Shown here piece by piece: positions 40,454 to 55,400 of a stretch of 64,000 nucleotides of DNA. The position numbers and the translations under genes were made by a program. The stretch's first letter is position 1, and each line of letters begins with the position of its first letter. Where the stretch lies: positions 3,720,001 to 3,784,000 of the forward strand of contig CM074806.1 in the NCBI GenBank assembly GCA_037447605.1. The letters run 5' to 3'. Under the pieces are notes generated by a model that saw nothing but the letters and a program-made list of their open reading frames with translations, did not search any database and had not been told where the DNA came from. This DNA comes from Zygnema circumcarinatum SAG 698-1b. Taxonomy: Eukaryota; Plantae; Zygnematophyceae.

Positions 40454-43400
40454 TCAGACCCACGCGTTCCAACCTTCCCACAAGCGCCCAAGCACATTCC
40501 TGTCCGTGGCCTGGTCCAGGAGGCAGTCCACCTGCTCCTGGACGGACTCACACGTGTGGCCCACACGAGCACGAACATTCTTCTCGGGCCGCCCTCGCGC
40601 TATGTCTTCAAGGGTTCGCAGAAGGCCGGGGTTGCTGGCGTGGATGGAGGAACGGAGGTCCAAGAGTGTAATTTCTTTAGGGTTCCACAGGTCCAGCTTT
40701 CGATGCGCGTTTTCAATTTTCAGCTGCACGTGCTTCTGCTCGGCGCTGAGCTCGTCTTGCTCCACTAGTTCGGACTCGTCACCTGACAAAGAGTCAAGCA
40801 AACGACGTGAAAATGCAAGATGAGCAAAACAGTGACCATTTCAAGGGATGGTACAGTGAAAAATGGTCAAATGGTAAACCCTAAAAACCCAGAAAACTCT
40901 TCAGTATTCTTTTTTGAGTGTTCTCGAGTCCGACCCTTTTCCTGTCGAGTGTTGCTGCCGCATGCTTTCGCCAGAGACGCTTTCTTCATGGCCTCGACCT
41001 TCCAGTCGAGCAGCGGCTCCCTAACGAACACATCCATCACCGCTCCAAGAACGTGCTTCGACCCACGCAGGCTCTCCAGCGTCCGCACCATTTCACTCCG
41101 AAGAAGCTGCTTTGCATTCAACGGAGAGAGAAAGCTGACGAGCTGGCGAGTAAGGCGGAACGGTTGGAGTTCAGGGACCGGAAGGAGCTGCGTGGCTGTT
41201 CCAAAGCTCATTCCAAAGTCAATCGCCACAAGTGTGCCATCCCTTATGTCTATCAAAAAGTTGTTGAGATGGCGGTCCCCCACTCCCGCCACATAGCCAG
41301 CAATGCAAAGGACTGCAAGACTGCGTGCCAACTGAAAGCGCACTGACAGGAACGATTCGGGCCCACGTGTCAGTCCCGCAATGGCGGTTCGCAGTACATT
41401 CCACGGCAGTTTGGCTTCCAGGTCGAGCAGATTTTGCTCCACTTCTGAAGGTGGTGTTAAGCAGATCATGCGCTCGTACTGTTTGTTTTTGGGAAGGGCC
41501 TTGTTTTTTGATTTCTTAGCAACCCATTGCCCATATTCCATAGTAAGATGGTTGAGGAACTGGTCAGGGGTGCCTGATCCCGAGGGCATTGCGACTGCTC
41601 CCAAACCCCTCTCAACCATTGAACGGAGAGTCTCCGTGTTCTCCACATACTGCAACAGTCCGCACCGCTTGCTCACTGGAATAACGCTGAAAGTCCGCAT
41701 CTGAAGCCTGATCCCACCATTTTTAAAAGCCAAAAAGAGGGTTCAATTTCTAGCAAGGGAAATCACTTACAGAAATGCAGAAGTTGCAAGCAGAGAGGGG
41801 GAGGAAAGAGAAGCACGCGGGAGCAAAGCTCACCTCCGCCGAGCGCACTTTCCATCCCGTCGGAGCACTCCGTTCATGACTTGAAAGAGCTGCTGCACTC
41901 GCTCATCCAGCCGCAAGTCTTCTCCTCCCTTCACGACAAACTTGTGCTCCATTTCATCGCTTCCTCTCACAACAAGCAGCTTCGGCCTCTGCTTTGAAGA
42001 AAAGACCTGCAGTAGAGGATGAAACCCCACCAAGTGGACCTGCCCTGCAGGGTTGGGAGCTTCCGATAGCATTCCATATTGCCCGGGCACTTCTATGGAG
42101 TCAAACCCACCTTCAGTTCCACTTGAATGGACCGGCCAAGGACGGAAACCTGAAGACGATTGTGACTGCAGAGAGGGAAAATCGCTAATAGCACCTTCGT
42201 GTTGACCATACTCAGCTAGCCAGTCGGAGAATGAAGAAAGGCCGACTCGTCCAGGAGCATTCTTGTCGGTTTTGGCGATAGTTGCCGATATTTTCTGAAC
42301 AAGGGTTTTCAAATGCTCCGGAGACATCCCCTTCAGATTGCATCCCCCTTTCCCAAGGGCCTTCTCTACAAGGCCCCTATAATCGGTTGCAAACTTCACA
42401 TTGTATTGGCCTGCCTTTCTGAATGGAGATCGCATATTCTCTGCATCGAGACAGTCCTCAAACATTCTTGTATAGGCGGAAATAGCCTTCCTGCTATCCC
42501 CTTCCTGAATCTCCATCTGAATGTCTACCAGACCATTCAGGAGACGTTGCTGCGGAAACGTCAAATCCTCCAAAGCCCTAGCGAAGCTTTCCATGGTTTC
42601 AGACTTGAGGATTGAGCGAAGTTCTGCGGTTCGATCCATCGCAACTTCGCTGAAGTCTTCCTCGCTCACTCGGAGAGGGAAGTACAGAGCGTGGGGATAC
42701 TCTCTAGCAATTGCTTTCAGCACATGGAGGAGAGTCTCTCCCTCTGGAGAGTCCATGGCTGTCAGCATCTGCGGAATCCACGCAATAAACAGCCACGAAG
42801 GAACGGAAGGTACAGATTTCGCGAATGCATCTCGAGCAGCCGGGCCTTCCCGCAGCAGAGAAAGCACTCTAGCCAACCCCTGACCTGAACTGAAAGAGCT
42901 TTTCATGGCGAAAGCTTTCATCATATGCGTAACAATTAGGGGAGGAAAGGTTTCCAAACACGGATATCCTTTACTGGAGTTATTTTCTCGCTTGAATGCT
43001 TTCCGAACTATCACTGCAGCGTTTGACTGCAACTCCTGTCGCCCATGGTCCGGCCCTTTCCCTTCTTCTCCCGCTCCGTCTGCAGCAGCTATCTTCACAG
43101 CTTCATCTAGAAACAGAGCAAACTTGAGAGACGCTTTGGCAGCATCCTTTAAGCTTCCTGCTGCAAGTCTGCCTGCTCCCGCATTTCCCTTCCGTTCTCG
43201 CATGCTTTCCTTCAACCATCTCGCCTCACTTTCAGTCAATTCTGCCAATTCCGCCGCTTTAGTGAACCCCTCAAAAGCCCGGCGAAGGTGGGCAGTGAGC
43301 TCTCCTTCAGTAATAATGCCCCCATCTGACAAGCTCTCCCTCCTCAGGTGCATCCATGCGAGCTGCGAACTGACCTGCGCATTAAGGAGCAACATCTCAC

Positions 43401-46400
43401 ATTTGCTCCCCCCCAACGTCGCCTCCTTCTTCATCGCCTCCACGTCTTCCAACACCTGCGCAATGTGCATTTGCGGTAACACCACAACTGTTAATTCCTT
43501 GACTTCTGACGATTATCAACGTTTTTTCTGCATGTTTGTTGATGCTTTGGTGAAAGGAAGTATTGACTGCATAGCGGGGGTATGCAATGACGACCTGCGA
43601 TAGCAAGGCTGCTGCATGAGCAGGATTCTTCTCCACCTCACGCCGAGCCTGCAAGCAGCGGAGTTTAACAAGTGCCTTCAGAAAGGCAAAATCAACCCGC
43701 CCGTTGTTGCTACTGCCAACTGTCGCCGCAACGTGCTCATCCAAAAGGGCCTGCAAGAAGAGTATCAAAGAAGAAAAAAAAAAAAAAAAAAAAGCACGAT
43801 CTTCAGGATGGTCATCTTTAAATTCGACTCGATTCCCGTCTCGATATCTCGTCCAAGACTGAAAAGGACGCAGACAAACCTTCAAAACGACCTAACCCTC
43901 GTAGTTTTTTGAAGAAAAACTCGCCTGTGCGACAGTAAGATTGCCCTGCTTTCGAAAAGCGCGAGCTGCTGTGCGGAACATGCCCGCCCTCTCTTCCTGC
44001 AGTTTCGCCGCAAGCACTGTGGGAGCCTCCCTCTCACCCCTCTCCCTTCTCTGCACCACATTATCTCGGCTCTGCATTTTCTCCATCAACATGAGCCGGT
44101 TGCAGATGACATCATCCCATGCCTCCACACCATCAAACTGCCAAGAGGGCCAGCGCAACCGCCACGTGGCTAGAAGGTGGTCGGCTGTATAAGGATCAGG
44201 AGGGGCAGTTTGCACGAAGGGGTCGGAGCTGGAGAGAGGGAGGAAGGAGGAGAAAGGAGGTTCTCTTCCCGGAGGTAAGGAGATGGTAGAAGAATGAGGA
44301 GATGAGAGCTGCAGAAATTCCTCGAGCTCAACAATCTTTTGAAGGTGACAGACCTGCACCCAGAACCCTCCCAAAAAGGTCTACTTCTCTGCAGGGGTTT
44401 CGGGGGGTCCACGCTCTGCAGCCAAAGTTTCTGAGACCACTCACATTGAGCACATTTTTACCATTGTCAGGTGGAGATATCAAGCATTAGGACTAAACCT
44501 CACTGACCCAACTTCATACAGGGTTGAAATCTAACTAACTAACCTCTGCATGTCGCCTTCTGGTGGCGAGAGGATTCAGCACTGTCCAGTTCTGACGGAA
44601 GGCTCTATAGCACAGTGCTGTTTGGAAACGAGCGAGATCGAACTGCCCATTTGCGACAGAGAGAGTGAGCAGCTGCGTCCCAAAGGAGCGGAGGAGGAGA
44701 CTCCACTTTTCGGGGTCCATGGATGCAGCCTGGACGAAGCATGTCAGCATAGGCCTCCGCATTGGGACTTTGATGGCGCTGCGGATGAAGGGCGAAAGGT
44801 AAATTTCCTACATTGCAAAGAGTCCCGGCCTGGAGTTACGCTCCAATTCTGAGTGAATTGGAAGGCTAATGGATGCTACAATAACTCCTTTTGTGCCAGT
44901 CTAACGCGATATTCTACTGCATTGTAGACTGATTTGATCCACAGTTGCAACCCCACAGAAAGTTCGAAAGTGCGTATTCCGAACCGTGGGGCTACCTGTT
45001 CTTTGCTTTCCCACAGCCTCTCCAGATGAGGTTCTGCCCCTTCATCCGTGAGCTGCAGAAGCACATCGTCCAGCAACACCCGCCATTGCCTTAGAGCCTC
45101 CAAGCAGGCGTATCGCTGACTGTACCACAAGGACGCTTCTGCGTGCTTCAGCGACCCTTCGCCCTCCCACATGCCCATGCCATCTGCCATAGGCCAAACC
45201 CACAAGAGGGATCAGCACAAGCATGGGAAGAAACGACGTACTCTGCTTCGTTCTCAGCGTATGGTTTCAGGAACTTTTTCACTCATATTTCATCAAGCAT
45301 CTTGGTTCGTAGGCTTAAAGTAGGTTTACCAAGAATTATCCGTATATAGCTGTTACAAACATAAACCTCGCAATGGGGTTGTCTTCTCACCTGCATCGAG
45401 CTGCTTGATCCCCTCATCATAGAGCTGCAACGCTCGCAGGGGGTCTCCTCCCAACTGGGCCTCCAGGGCCCTCTTGGTGATGGCTTCTTGTGCCACGTGG
45501 CAGCTGTATATGCCCAATACCACGTCATCCTCTCCAAGCTCAGCATAAAGCCGTGCCAGCTCCGCCCATCCGCCATGGTCAGCTTCCGGGAAGCAACCCT
45601 CCACAGACCCATCAGCAGCTTTGCGCCTTTTTGCTTTTGGGGTTTCAGGCAGCTTCTGGGTGTTGTGCAGGAGGTGACCTTCCAGCAGGAGAATGCCGGA
45701 ATGGAGATTGCCAGACTTCACGCTGCAGTAAGACAGGAATGAGTTAAGTTATGAGTTATGCAGGGATTGAGAGGATGTGTTCAAACAATTCGGAGTGTAA
45801 GCCTGACAAGAGAGAAGGAAGGACAAGCCTACCTCATATTACTGACGACATCGGGCCGCATGCAGACTTCTGCATCCTCCAAAGCCAATGCCCCGACACA
45901 GCCGACAAATGCTGTTGTGCCACGTGTCCTCTCCATGACCCGGCCAAGTATGGCTCTTACCGGAGCTCTGAACTGCGTCTCCATGTTGCGGCTGTGCGTG
46001 TCCGGCAGGGACTGCACGCATCGCCAAAGGGCCGAAAGGAGGAGTCCACCGAAGGGTGCGTCCTTTTCCGCAAGAGAAGAGAGAGCTCTGATGAGCTCAG
46101 AGTGCTTAATCTGAATGTCGGGCAGCTCCCCTACAGGGAGACAACAAAGAATGACACTTGAAAAGCTTCGTTTTACTTTCGTTTTCACTAACAAGCCTAC
46201 ACGACGGTGAGAATCCACAACCACAAACATAGTTCTGAAAGAAGTTCAACATCAATAATTGTTTTTAGTGTGCAGATCTCCCACCTGTTCTGTAACGCCG
46301 CATGAGTTCAACTCTGCTTGCACGCTGACTAGCTTGTTGCTGCAATCGCGCCGCCCTCCTCCTCTGCGCATTCAGCGTCGCACGCAGAATGTGGGACCGG

Positions 46401-49400
46401 TCTCTCCCTCGAAACGGCCCTTTCATTCTCTCAACCACCTCTGCAGCCCCCCTCCTTCCCACACCTCCCTCTGCGTGCATCAAAGACAAGCCTCTCCCGC
46501 TCTGCGACAAGGCGATGAGAGAGCTCCCAAACGAGTCAGATGAGCCGAGTGCCTGGTGAGAGAGAAGGGACGAATCTCCTTCCGTTTGGGAGAGAGAGGG
46601 AGACAGCTCCATGGTGCTGCGGACCATGGCCTGCGTAGGGGCTGAGGTCTGACTGGAAACGGAGGTATGTGAGAATGAGGGCCGTGTTGAAGCGGAAGAG
46701 AAGAGAGGTGTCATAGGAAGGCTGGAAGCATTCCATGCGCTCAGAGGAAGCTCGTGGAATTCACATTCGGCAAGTGGAGCTTCAAAGATCGGCCGCTCAT
46801 AATCTACCGAGTCTTCACAGAGCTGCATCACATGGCAAGGCGGGAAACGTCATCTCCTTTGGCTAGGTGCAATGGCGTTATTCAATCGAACTAAGCAGCA
46901 AATGCGTGGAGTGAAAACTCGAAGAAAACCACCTTGAGCAGCAAGCTACTTGCAGTCTGCGGCCACCGCTCCTCAATGAGAGGGTCGTAAATCTTCCCCA
47001 AAAGCTCTACCGCCCTTTCCGCCACCCCTCTTGGCAGCTGCATGTGCCAAAACTGTAACAGCCGCATCCGAATATCGGGAGATGTATCTGTGAGTCCTTC
47101 AAGAAGACCCACCAGTAGTTGCCCTTCTTCCTGCATATCCTTCCGTCCATAGATGGTGGTCATAGCATCGTAATATAGTTGCCTACACTCAGGGCTTTCA
47201 TGGCTTCTGAATGTTCGCCTAAGGATCGGAACCACCTTCACCGACAGAGCCTCCTTGGAGAAGTTATTAAGCAGGCGGGAGGTTAGCTGCACCACTTTCA
47301 TCTGCACCTGCTCATCGTGCGGCTGAAGGAGACTCGGGAAGTAGGGCAAGAGCATAGACGGTAAGTCGGGAAACTCGTCCGGTTTTCGCAGAAGAATGCT
47401 CAAGCAGATTGATTTGAACCCCCCCTGCACGCGAGGCAAAAGGTCCAACACCATGTTTCCGAATCGTCCGCTATACGTCGGAAATCGCAGCGTTACTCTA
47501 TTCAAAATGTACAAGAATCGGTCAAAATCGCCTTCCTTGAACATTTTTACTAATTGGCTACGCAACGGCGCCTCTAATTCGAACTCGTCAATTAGTTCAC
47601 CCAGCAACTCCTGTCTCTTTCTTAAAAGCATTCCAATCACTTCTGCAGCCGCTTCATACACTTCCTTTGCTTTGAATGCAAGGTTAAAAAGAATTTCTAC
47701 GTAGAGTTCCTTCTCTGTGAACCCCACGTCGTAAACTGGATCATATAGCGGCATACCGCACACGCATAAAGCCCCGAGTAACTGCAATCCAACAAATCGT
47801 CGAATTTTCACCATTTTCTCACCAGCTTTCGGCTGCTTGCCCCCAGCCCTCAGGTATTCCACTACTGGCTCCTTGTCGAGAACGATGATGTCTTTCCACT
47901 GCTCAAGAAAAAGGCGAATGATGCTGACGTTTGCCGCCAACACCGCTCGCACATCATGACATGCAACTCGCATGAGGTGACAGACTAAGCGTGTTGCTAG
48001 AGGCGAGTCGGGAGGGTTCTGGAGATTCCATGCAAGCAGCGTGAGGCAGATGGCACGCAGGAGAGGGTGGAAGTAGCTCTCTCCGCCGCCGCGCTGCGGG
48101 TCCTCCAACACAGCAAGAAGGAGGGGCCGGAAGCAGGCCTCTCCATAAGGAGCAAAACATGTGCCACATTTCGTGATTGCCTGCAGTGAAGAAGCGTAAT
48201 CGCAGCAAAGATTAGAATCACTGAACCGGCAGAATGCCCTCTTGAACACACCCAAGAGAAGACTTCCATCGTTCACGCAAGTGACAAGGAAACGTTTTGA
48301 GCTGGATATGTCATACCTTTGCCAGGAAAAGGCGCACGTTGATTGGGGTGCTCGCATTGTTCATAGTGACCAGCATTGCCTTCATCCATTCTCGCATTGT
48401 CTGTGCCTCTCGGTGGGTTTCTCCGTACCTTTCGTGCACTGCCTCAATCACTTTTAGCAGGCGAGGCATGCATGGATGCAGGTCAAACTCGTCCATATCG
48501 GTGGAACTCAAACCCGCGGCTTCCATAGGAACGTCGCTGGGCTCTACCTCCTTCGAGTCTCGACCAATGGCCAGTGTTCCCATACCTCTCTCCCTTCCAA
48601 TCACCTCCTCCTCCTCTTCCTCCTCCCCGTCCTCTTCCTCATCTCGGCTGAATGGGACGCTCTCACGGAGACTCTCGACAAGGGACCGCCTTCTTTGTGG
48701 TCGTCCGACAAATGAGGGGATGACAGCTGGCTCCTGACTCAGAGTTGGCCCAATCAGGTACTGCGATGAAAAAGTGCCCAGGAAACTGTCCGCCATAGTC
48801 AGCGCAGCATTGCTGTGCTCCAACTTCCATCTTGCCCGCAGGTCTCGAATGGTTTCAATTTCGCCCTGTAGCTGCGTTGTCACAACTGCGAGAAAAACAA
48901 AAAAATAAAAAAATAAAAAAAATAAAAACACAACACATCGGTACACTTGAAAATTTTAAATTTCCCTCTCAAAGACCTTGAAGCTTCGAAGGCATCCCAT
49001 CCTTGCACACCCCACCTTGAACAACTTAGCTTTCTTCTCTATGCAAATCGATACATCATGCATGCAATGCAAGAGATGGAAGCGTTCGGCCATATACCAG
49101 GCAAGCTGCTGTACACCTTATCGCAGTCTATAAGGTGTTCCCACAGCCGCCCCATCTTCGCATCCTCCCGAAAAAGGAAGCCGGCAAAGACGCTCTCCCC
49201 TCTGCTCCCACTCTGCGTCCTTATGATGAGAGTGCAGCACAGGTTGTATGCTGCCACGTGAAGTTCCCTCCAGAGGGCTTTCGTTTTGCCTGCTGAACTG
49301 TCTCCCCCTGACACGTGTGGCGGGTCATGTTTGGCTCTCATGTCATCGTTGGCCCGTGAAATGAGTTTGTTGTTTGGCACCAAGGGAGAGAATTTCTCCT

Positions 49401-52400
49401 TCAACAGCGGAGCGGAAACCTTGTCAAACAGAATTTCTAGCATTCGGTAGAGGCACCTCCGGAGTATGACCCTTTTCTCTTGTCGCTCAAAATCGTCTTG
49501 CCAAGAATCCGACTGAGACACATCTCGCTCAAGATTGCTCAAGAAAAACTCCGCTTTAGAGCTGAACCAAGTAACAAGCGTTTCCTCTCCACAGGCTCTC
49601 AGAATCGGCTCTGCAACGCTTTCTCCAACTGCTTTGTGGAAGTGCGGTGCCTGCCCACTGTCAAGAATGGAGCGGATGCAAAGTTCGAGAGCATCAAATG
49701 GCATGGTTTTGATATTTTCTGCAAAGGCATCCATGGCGTTCACAAACCGCGGAAAAACCAAAGAGTTCGGCACGAGAAGGAGGGGAAAGTGGGCTTCCAG
49801 GAGGTCCAGACTGCGGCTGTGAGAGAGAGAGAAGAGACAGTTCTCGACAAGTTTCAAAAAAGATGCTCTCTTTTCGGACCCCTTGGGAATGTCGTCATCC
49901 CGGAGGAGAAGATGCTCAGCCACGAATCTGCTAACGCTCGCAAATAGCTTTACACTCCATTCCTTCTGTCGAAATCTGGGTTGGAAAAAGAAATGCAGCA
50001 GGCTTACAGCATCTGCTTTGAAAGCCATGGATTCCTGGCTTTCCGCCGTAGGTTGGAGACTTTCGATGCAATTTCCCAATAAGAATGTCAAATAGTTGTC
50101 CACAATGAAACGCGTAGTTTCCTCATCTTCCTCCAAAACTACGTTTCCCTCAACGTCCAAGATGAACAGCTTTTTCAAGATTCCAAGAAATGCTGTCTTC
50201 ATCTCAAAAGAGGAGCTGAATTCACACCACTTTCGCAGGAGCGGGATTCGACGAACACACTCTCTAAGGAAGCTTCCCAGGGTGATGTTGTTCACCTTTC
50301 CCAGGCGTGTTATATAGTCATCGAGTAAAGCATTCAGAAGCATTTTCACCGAATGATAATTCGTTGCTTCCAGAAAAACTGATTCCAAGCACTCGTGGTA
50401 GTAAAATTTGCAGTATCTCACGATTTGGCGATGGAAATTGAGAAAAAATACCTCTCCTGCTGTAGTCATTCTCTTGCGCTCCCTGACCTCCACGTCAGTT
50501 CCATTCCCTTCCCTTCCCTTCCTTTCTTTTTCTTCTTCCTCCGCTCCCATCCGAATAGAGCAAACTTCTGCCTGATTTATGATGAAGTCCAGAAGCCGCT
50601 TCACAGGTAAATCCAAGGAAATGCTGAGCTCCACCATTTCGTTTGCAGCAGATGCTAAACTTGGAGGGCACTCTCTCTTCATGTTGAAAGCTTGAGTTGC
50701 AAGATGCTCAGCCAATCCCTCCACTCTCTCTTTCCCCAGGAGATGTATGAGGATCCCTGCACTGTGCAGCTGCCGATACCCCTTCGCCAAGCTTGCAGCT
50801 TGAGCAGGTGACATAGAACCGACACTTACTCCTGCTTTTACCTCTCCCATCGGTTCTTCTGCTAGACTTTGAAGCTCGAGCACTTCAAGGTTGTACTCCC
50901 TTTGCTGAAGCTTCTCTCGGAGGGAGCCCTTCATGGAAACCCTGAAAACGTTGCTGCAACCTGAGAGAAGATGGAGTAGCTCTACGCTCAAGCTGCACAC
51001 TTCTTGAGCCTCACGAGCGAGTATAGATGATAGCCCTACTTTTCCAGGAGTGAGGATGGCTGTGGCGAGAAAGTCTGTGAATGAAGGATCGGTGAGAGGC
51101 AAGAGGGGCTCCCAGGAAAGCTCCTTCTGTTCTTCCCCTTGTCCAACATCCACAGTCAAGGCTTCAGCTCCTTGGCATTCCCCCTCCAAGTTCCCTTCTG
51201 TTGAGTTTTTCGCTGCTGTTGGAGGTGCGAGACCATTAGCAATGAAGGGCACCCGCTTGCAGAAGCTAAGGAAAGCTGCCATGGCTGCAAGTTCCTGGCT
51301 GTGGGGCTTCTTTACCAGGACGGGTGTCAAGGTCCATTGCTCCGCATTCAGATTCACAACTCTTGCACAAATCTGCACACTCGAAGACCGAATACGTACT
51401 CAAATTTAAGTCTTCACTGACTTCTGAATCACCTCACCAAAAAAATGTAGTGAAAACATTTTGGATTTTCGATTTTTTTGCATTATTGCCTTTTACCTTT
51501 AAGAGCTCTGCAATGGTGATGCGAAAGCTTTCAGCAGAGGAGTGCAGCTCCTCAATGTCTGCCAGCTGCACCATCCCCTCCCCCGCAGCCCAGTCCAACC
51601 AATGGAACGCACGTGCCACGTGGCGGAGCCACAACTCGACAGCTGGCAGAGAGGCTCCTCCACCTTCAGGCCCGTGCTGAGGGAGGAGGTTTTGAAGCAG
51701 CGGCAGAGTGTGAGAGAAATGCCGGTGGAGCCAAAGGGACGGGGAGGCTTCTGCATCCCATATTTCGTAAAAGGAGGGGTAAATCAATTTGCACACCTTA
51801 AATTTCCAGCTTTTGAACATCGGATTCGGTCAACGCTTCGCTAAGCAACAAACGGTTTCCCCGCTCTCAAGGTGAAATGAGGGTCCTCTCGCTGACCTGG
51901 AAGGAGTGGGCAGAGGGCAGCGAACAGTTTCATGCAGGCTCTGCGACAATGCGATTCAACGGAAGCAGTCTGACGGAACAGCCACAGGGAAAATGACTGC
52001 AGTGAAGAGAAGCGCGCTCGCTCTTTACGCTCTGAGCGCAGCATTTCAATATTTCTCGCGATGAGCTTCAAAAAAGCGTCCATAACTAAGGTTATTTGTT
52101 GCACAGTTCCTGCAAATGAAACGAGATAGTCAAAGGTCTATCTACGTGTTAAACTGACAAGAAAAGCCCAAACTAAGGTACAGCACAAAGAACGCATTTC
52201 CCAACGCCTACCTGCATGCATGATGTGAACAACATACCAATGTTTTCATCGTCGGATTCTGCAATTCGAAGACTGGCGATGCAGTAGAAGTAAACCTCCA
52301 AGAGATAGCGGTCAAGTAGCGGGGGATTTGCATACAGTGTCGGATAGCTCCGATGCAGAGCCATGGCTGCCCCGAGCCTATGATACGGACTTGGATGATC

Positions 52401-55400
52401 CATCCGGTAGTACAGCCTTCGCAGCATGGACGATACATTCACGTAGCTGTCAACCTGCAGCATCATTAGTTAAGGAAACCGCTGAAAACTGGAAAAAGAG
52501 TTTATGGGAGAAAGCAATGTTTTCCAACTGCTGTAAGAGTGAGAGCAGGGGGAGTCTTGTTTTTGGCTCTGAGCGCACCTTTGGCGGCGTGTGTCGAATC
52601 GACCACTTCAGAAATTCTGCGAAGCTCTCTGCACAAAGGTCTCTGCTTTGCGTGGCGGAGACAGAACCGATAAAACGAACAGAAATGGACTGAGCCACAG
52701 CAGGCAGAACTTGACACGAAGAACAAATCGTTTAACCCGTTCCCGATTTTCGTCACTTAGAGACGCATGCACAGTGGGAAAAAAAAGGCGTACCGAAGGG
52801 CACCATTGTTAGCATCTTGAAGGCCTTCCATGATAGCGTCAAGTAGGGCCATGGTGTCAGGGCTCTCCTTTTGAGTGTTACTTGTGAGCCAATGTATAAG
52901 CTGCAGACTGAATTCCCGAAACAGCTTTCCAGTCACCTGCGAATACGCAAAGAGACAAGATGTTACCGATCCTTTATGCGCCTATCGACTGCAGAGTTCT
53001 TTCTGAAGTTTATTGCAGGTCACCTGGTCTACGTCAGTAGCGAGGCGCAGCACCGCTGGGAAAAGATTTCGATAAAGCTGTTCATATCGCATCTGGGATC
53101 GCACAGGAGGAATGCAACACGTCAGTTTATGCATCTGCAAGGCTAGCATTCAGACAATGACAATCTGATAAAGAAGCTGCCAATCGGTAATACTTCACTG
53201 CCCATCACCCAATCGTGATCGGGAGAAAGATCTTCGCTGACCATGTTGAGACTTGCACAACAGTGTGCTGCCGCTAGAACACACTGAGTCCGAACAATCA
53301 CTACCCGTTCCCACGCTCTTACTCTCCGTCTCTCCCTCCCCACCCTCCTCTCCCTCTCTCTCACCCACCTCCTGTCCCTCTCTTCCTCTCCCACCCTCCT
53401 CTCCTCTATTGGGAGTAAGAATGTATTCACAGGTTCTGAGTTTTTGTCGGATCGCCGAGCCGGGCCCTTAGCAGCCGATCCAACCATGTACACAGAAACC
53501 GCGTGCAGTGCTTCACAGGCGGAAACTTTCGCCCCGCGGTCGGAGGAATTCTCCGCGAGTTCCGCCATTCTGGGGAGCAGCCTGTCTGCCCTCGCAGAAA
53601 CAACGCAAGTTAGCGAAGAAACTGAACTCAGAAATTCTTTTGCATCCAGTTCAGGATACTCATGAATTTAAGGAAACAATCTCCTTTTCTCACCCAGCCA
53701 TAAGTCGGGTTTCTCATCCCGAAACGGCAGGGTGAAGGGGAGTCGCAGAGCAGAATCCCAAGGTCGCCCCATTGTCCCCTTCGCCTGCGTTAGGTCCAAT
53801 TCCGCCACCAAAAAGTGCGCTGAGCATCCGACCCGGCCCAGGAAACGCTGCACGCGGACTTGCAGCTTCTCATAGGCACTGGTCTGCAGTAGAAAGTAAG
53901 CAAACGGCTCGTCAAAGTCCATATAGTCGACTAATGAAGGTGCTTCAGAGTACATCATCTTGAAAAGCTAGTCAACCATTGGAATATGCATATGATTTCT
54001 TCTGCTATGGCAATCCTCACCTGCATCCGCTGAGCCCGCTCGGCTCGCAGCTTGGATGTCCGGCGCGCTGACATTGTCTCTGCCAAAGGAAAAGGGATGG
54101 GGCCGGACTGATACGACGGGGAATCGCAGGCTACAACTTCAGTCAAGTATTCGTTGAGACATGGAATAATTGTAGGAAGGTTGGTTTCCAGCTCTTCCCT
54201 CTGATTGAACTGCCAATTTTCCAAGGCTGCAACCGCCACCTCAGCGACAGGCAGATGCTTGAGCAATCGTCAAGGGAAACTAGCTCGATGATGACCTTTA
54301 GCCCATAAAATCCCGGCAATTTCTACTAGAATTTCAAAAAGAAAAACGTACACGTGGAGCTGCATAATGGCCCTCATAACCTCCCTCCTATGAGAGGATA
54401 TTGTGTGCCCATCTCTAATGCTGCCCTGAGAGGGCCGATGCGCGATGCGATGTCGAGCAGCGAGCAGGGAGCGATGAGGACGAGGCGAAGGCAGGCACTT
54501 AAGAGCTCCATTGTGTACAGCCGCAGACGGAGCAGCACCTCCCTTAGATAAGCCTGCACCACCCTCCCACACTCTGCCCGCTCGTCCGCAGAGCCTGAAA
54601 CTATGACTTTCGGACAACGATCGGCGATATTCTGCCACACAATAGAGATTCCCTTTAGTTCACAGAACAGTCGTGATGGAAGAAAACCCAAAAGCGAAAA
54701 GGTTCACATTGCAGGAACATGGATATAACCTGATGCGATGAGTTGAAGATTGGTACTACGTTATTGGGCTCGGCTCGACGACTAAGAGGGTCGAAGTATG
54801 CCATCGAGTTGGCGAGTTTGATGGCGATAGAAAGAAGTTTGTAGAAGCCACTGTTGAGGGGGTACTGAGTGGAGAACTCGATCATCGTTCGACAGAAAGG
54901 ATGCACCCACTGGAGGAACATGGAAGCGCCGGACCTGCAAGGAAGCTTCACTCTTGTGCTGCTGATTAAAAGCAGGTAGACAGGAGTGACAAGGAGGGAA
55001 AAGTGGAAATGGTGGAGGATGAGGAAGAGGGGACCGTAAGGAGAGGAATGCTAAGAGAAAAGACTAACTGAAGACCGTATAGGAACGAGCACCTGGAGAG
55101 CAGTTCCAAAGCAAACTCCACCTGGCCCACCGCCATGCTAATTCTCGGGTCAATCATGTGAAACAAACAAACGAGAAACGGAGAAAATTGGGAAGGAGTT
55201 GATTAAGCGGCAAATAAGCCTATTCAGGAATATCAAAATCAAATGCAAGGTGGGGGGATCTACACACCAGATTCAGAAACTTATGCATATGCAATGGATT
55301 TACGGGCTCCAACTCGTGGGTTTCTGTCCTTTCTTCAGACCCATCAGCAGGTTCCTTCTCAGTTCCTGCACCAGAATCACATGCCACTCATGTGCCAAAA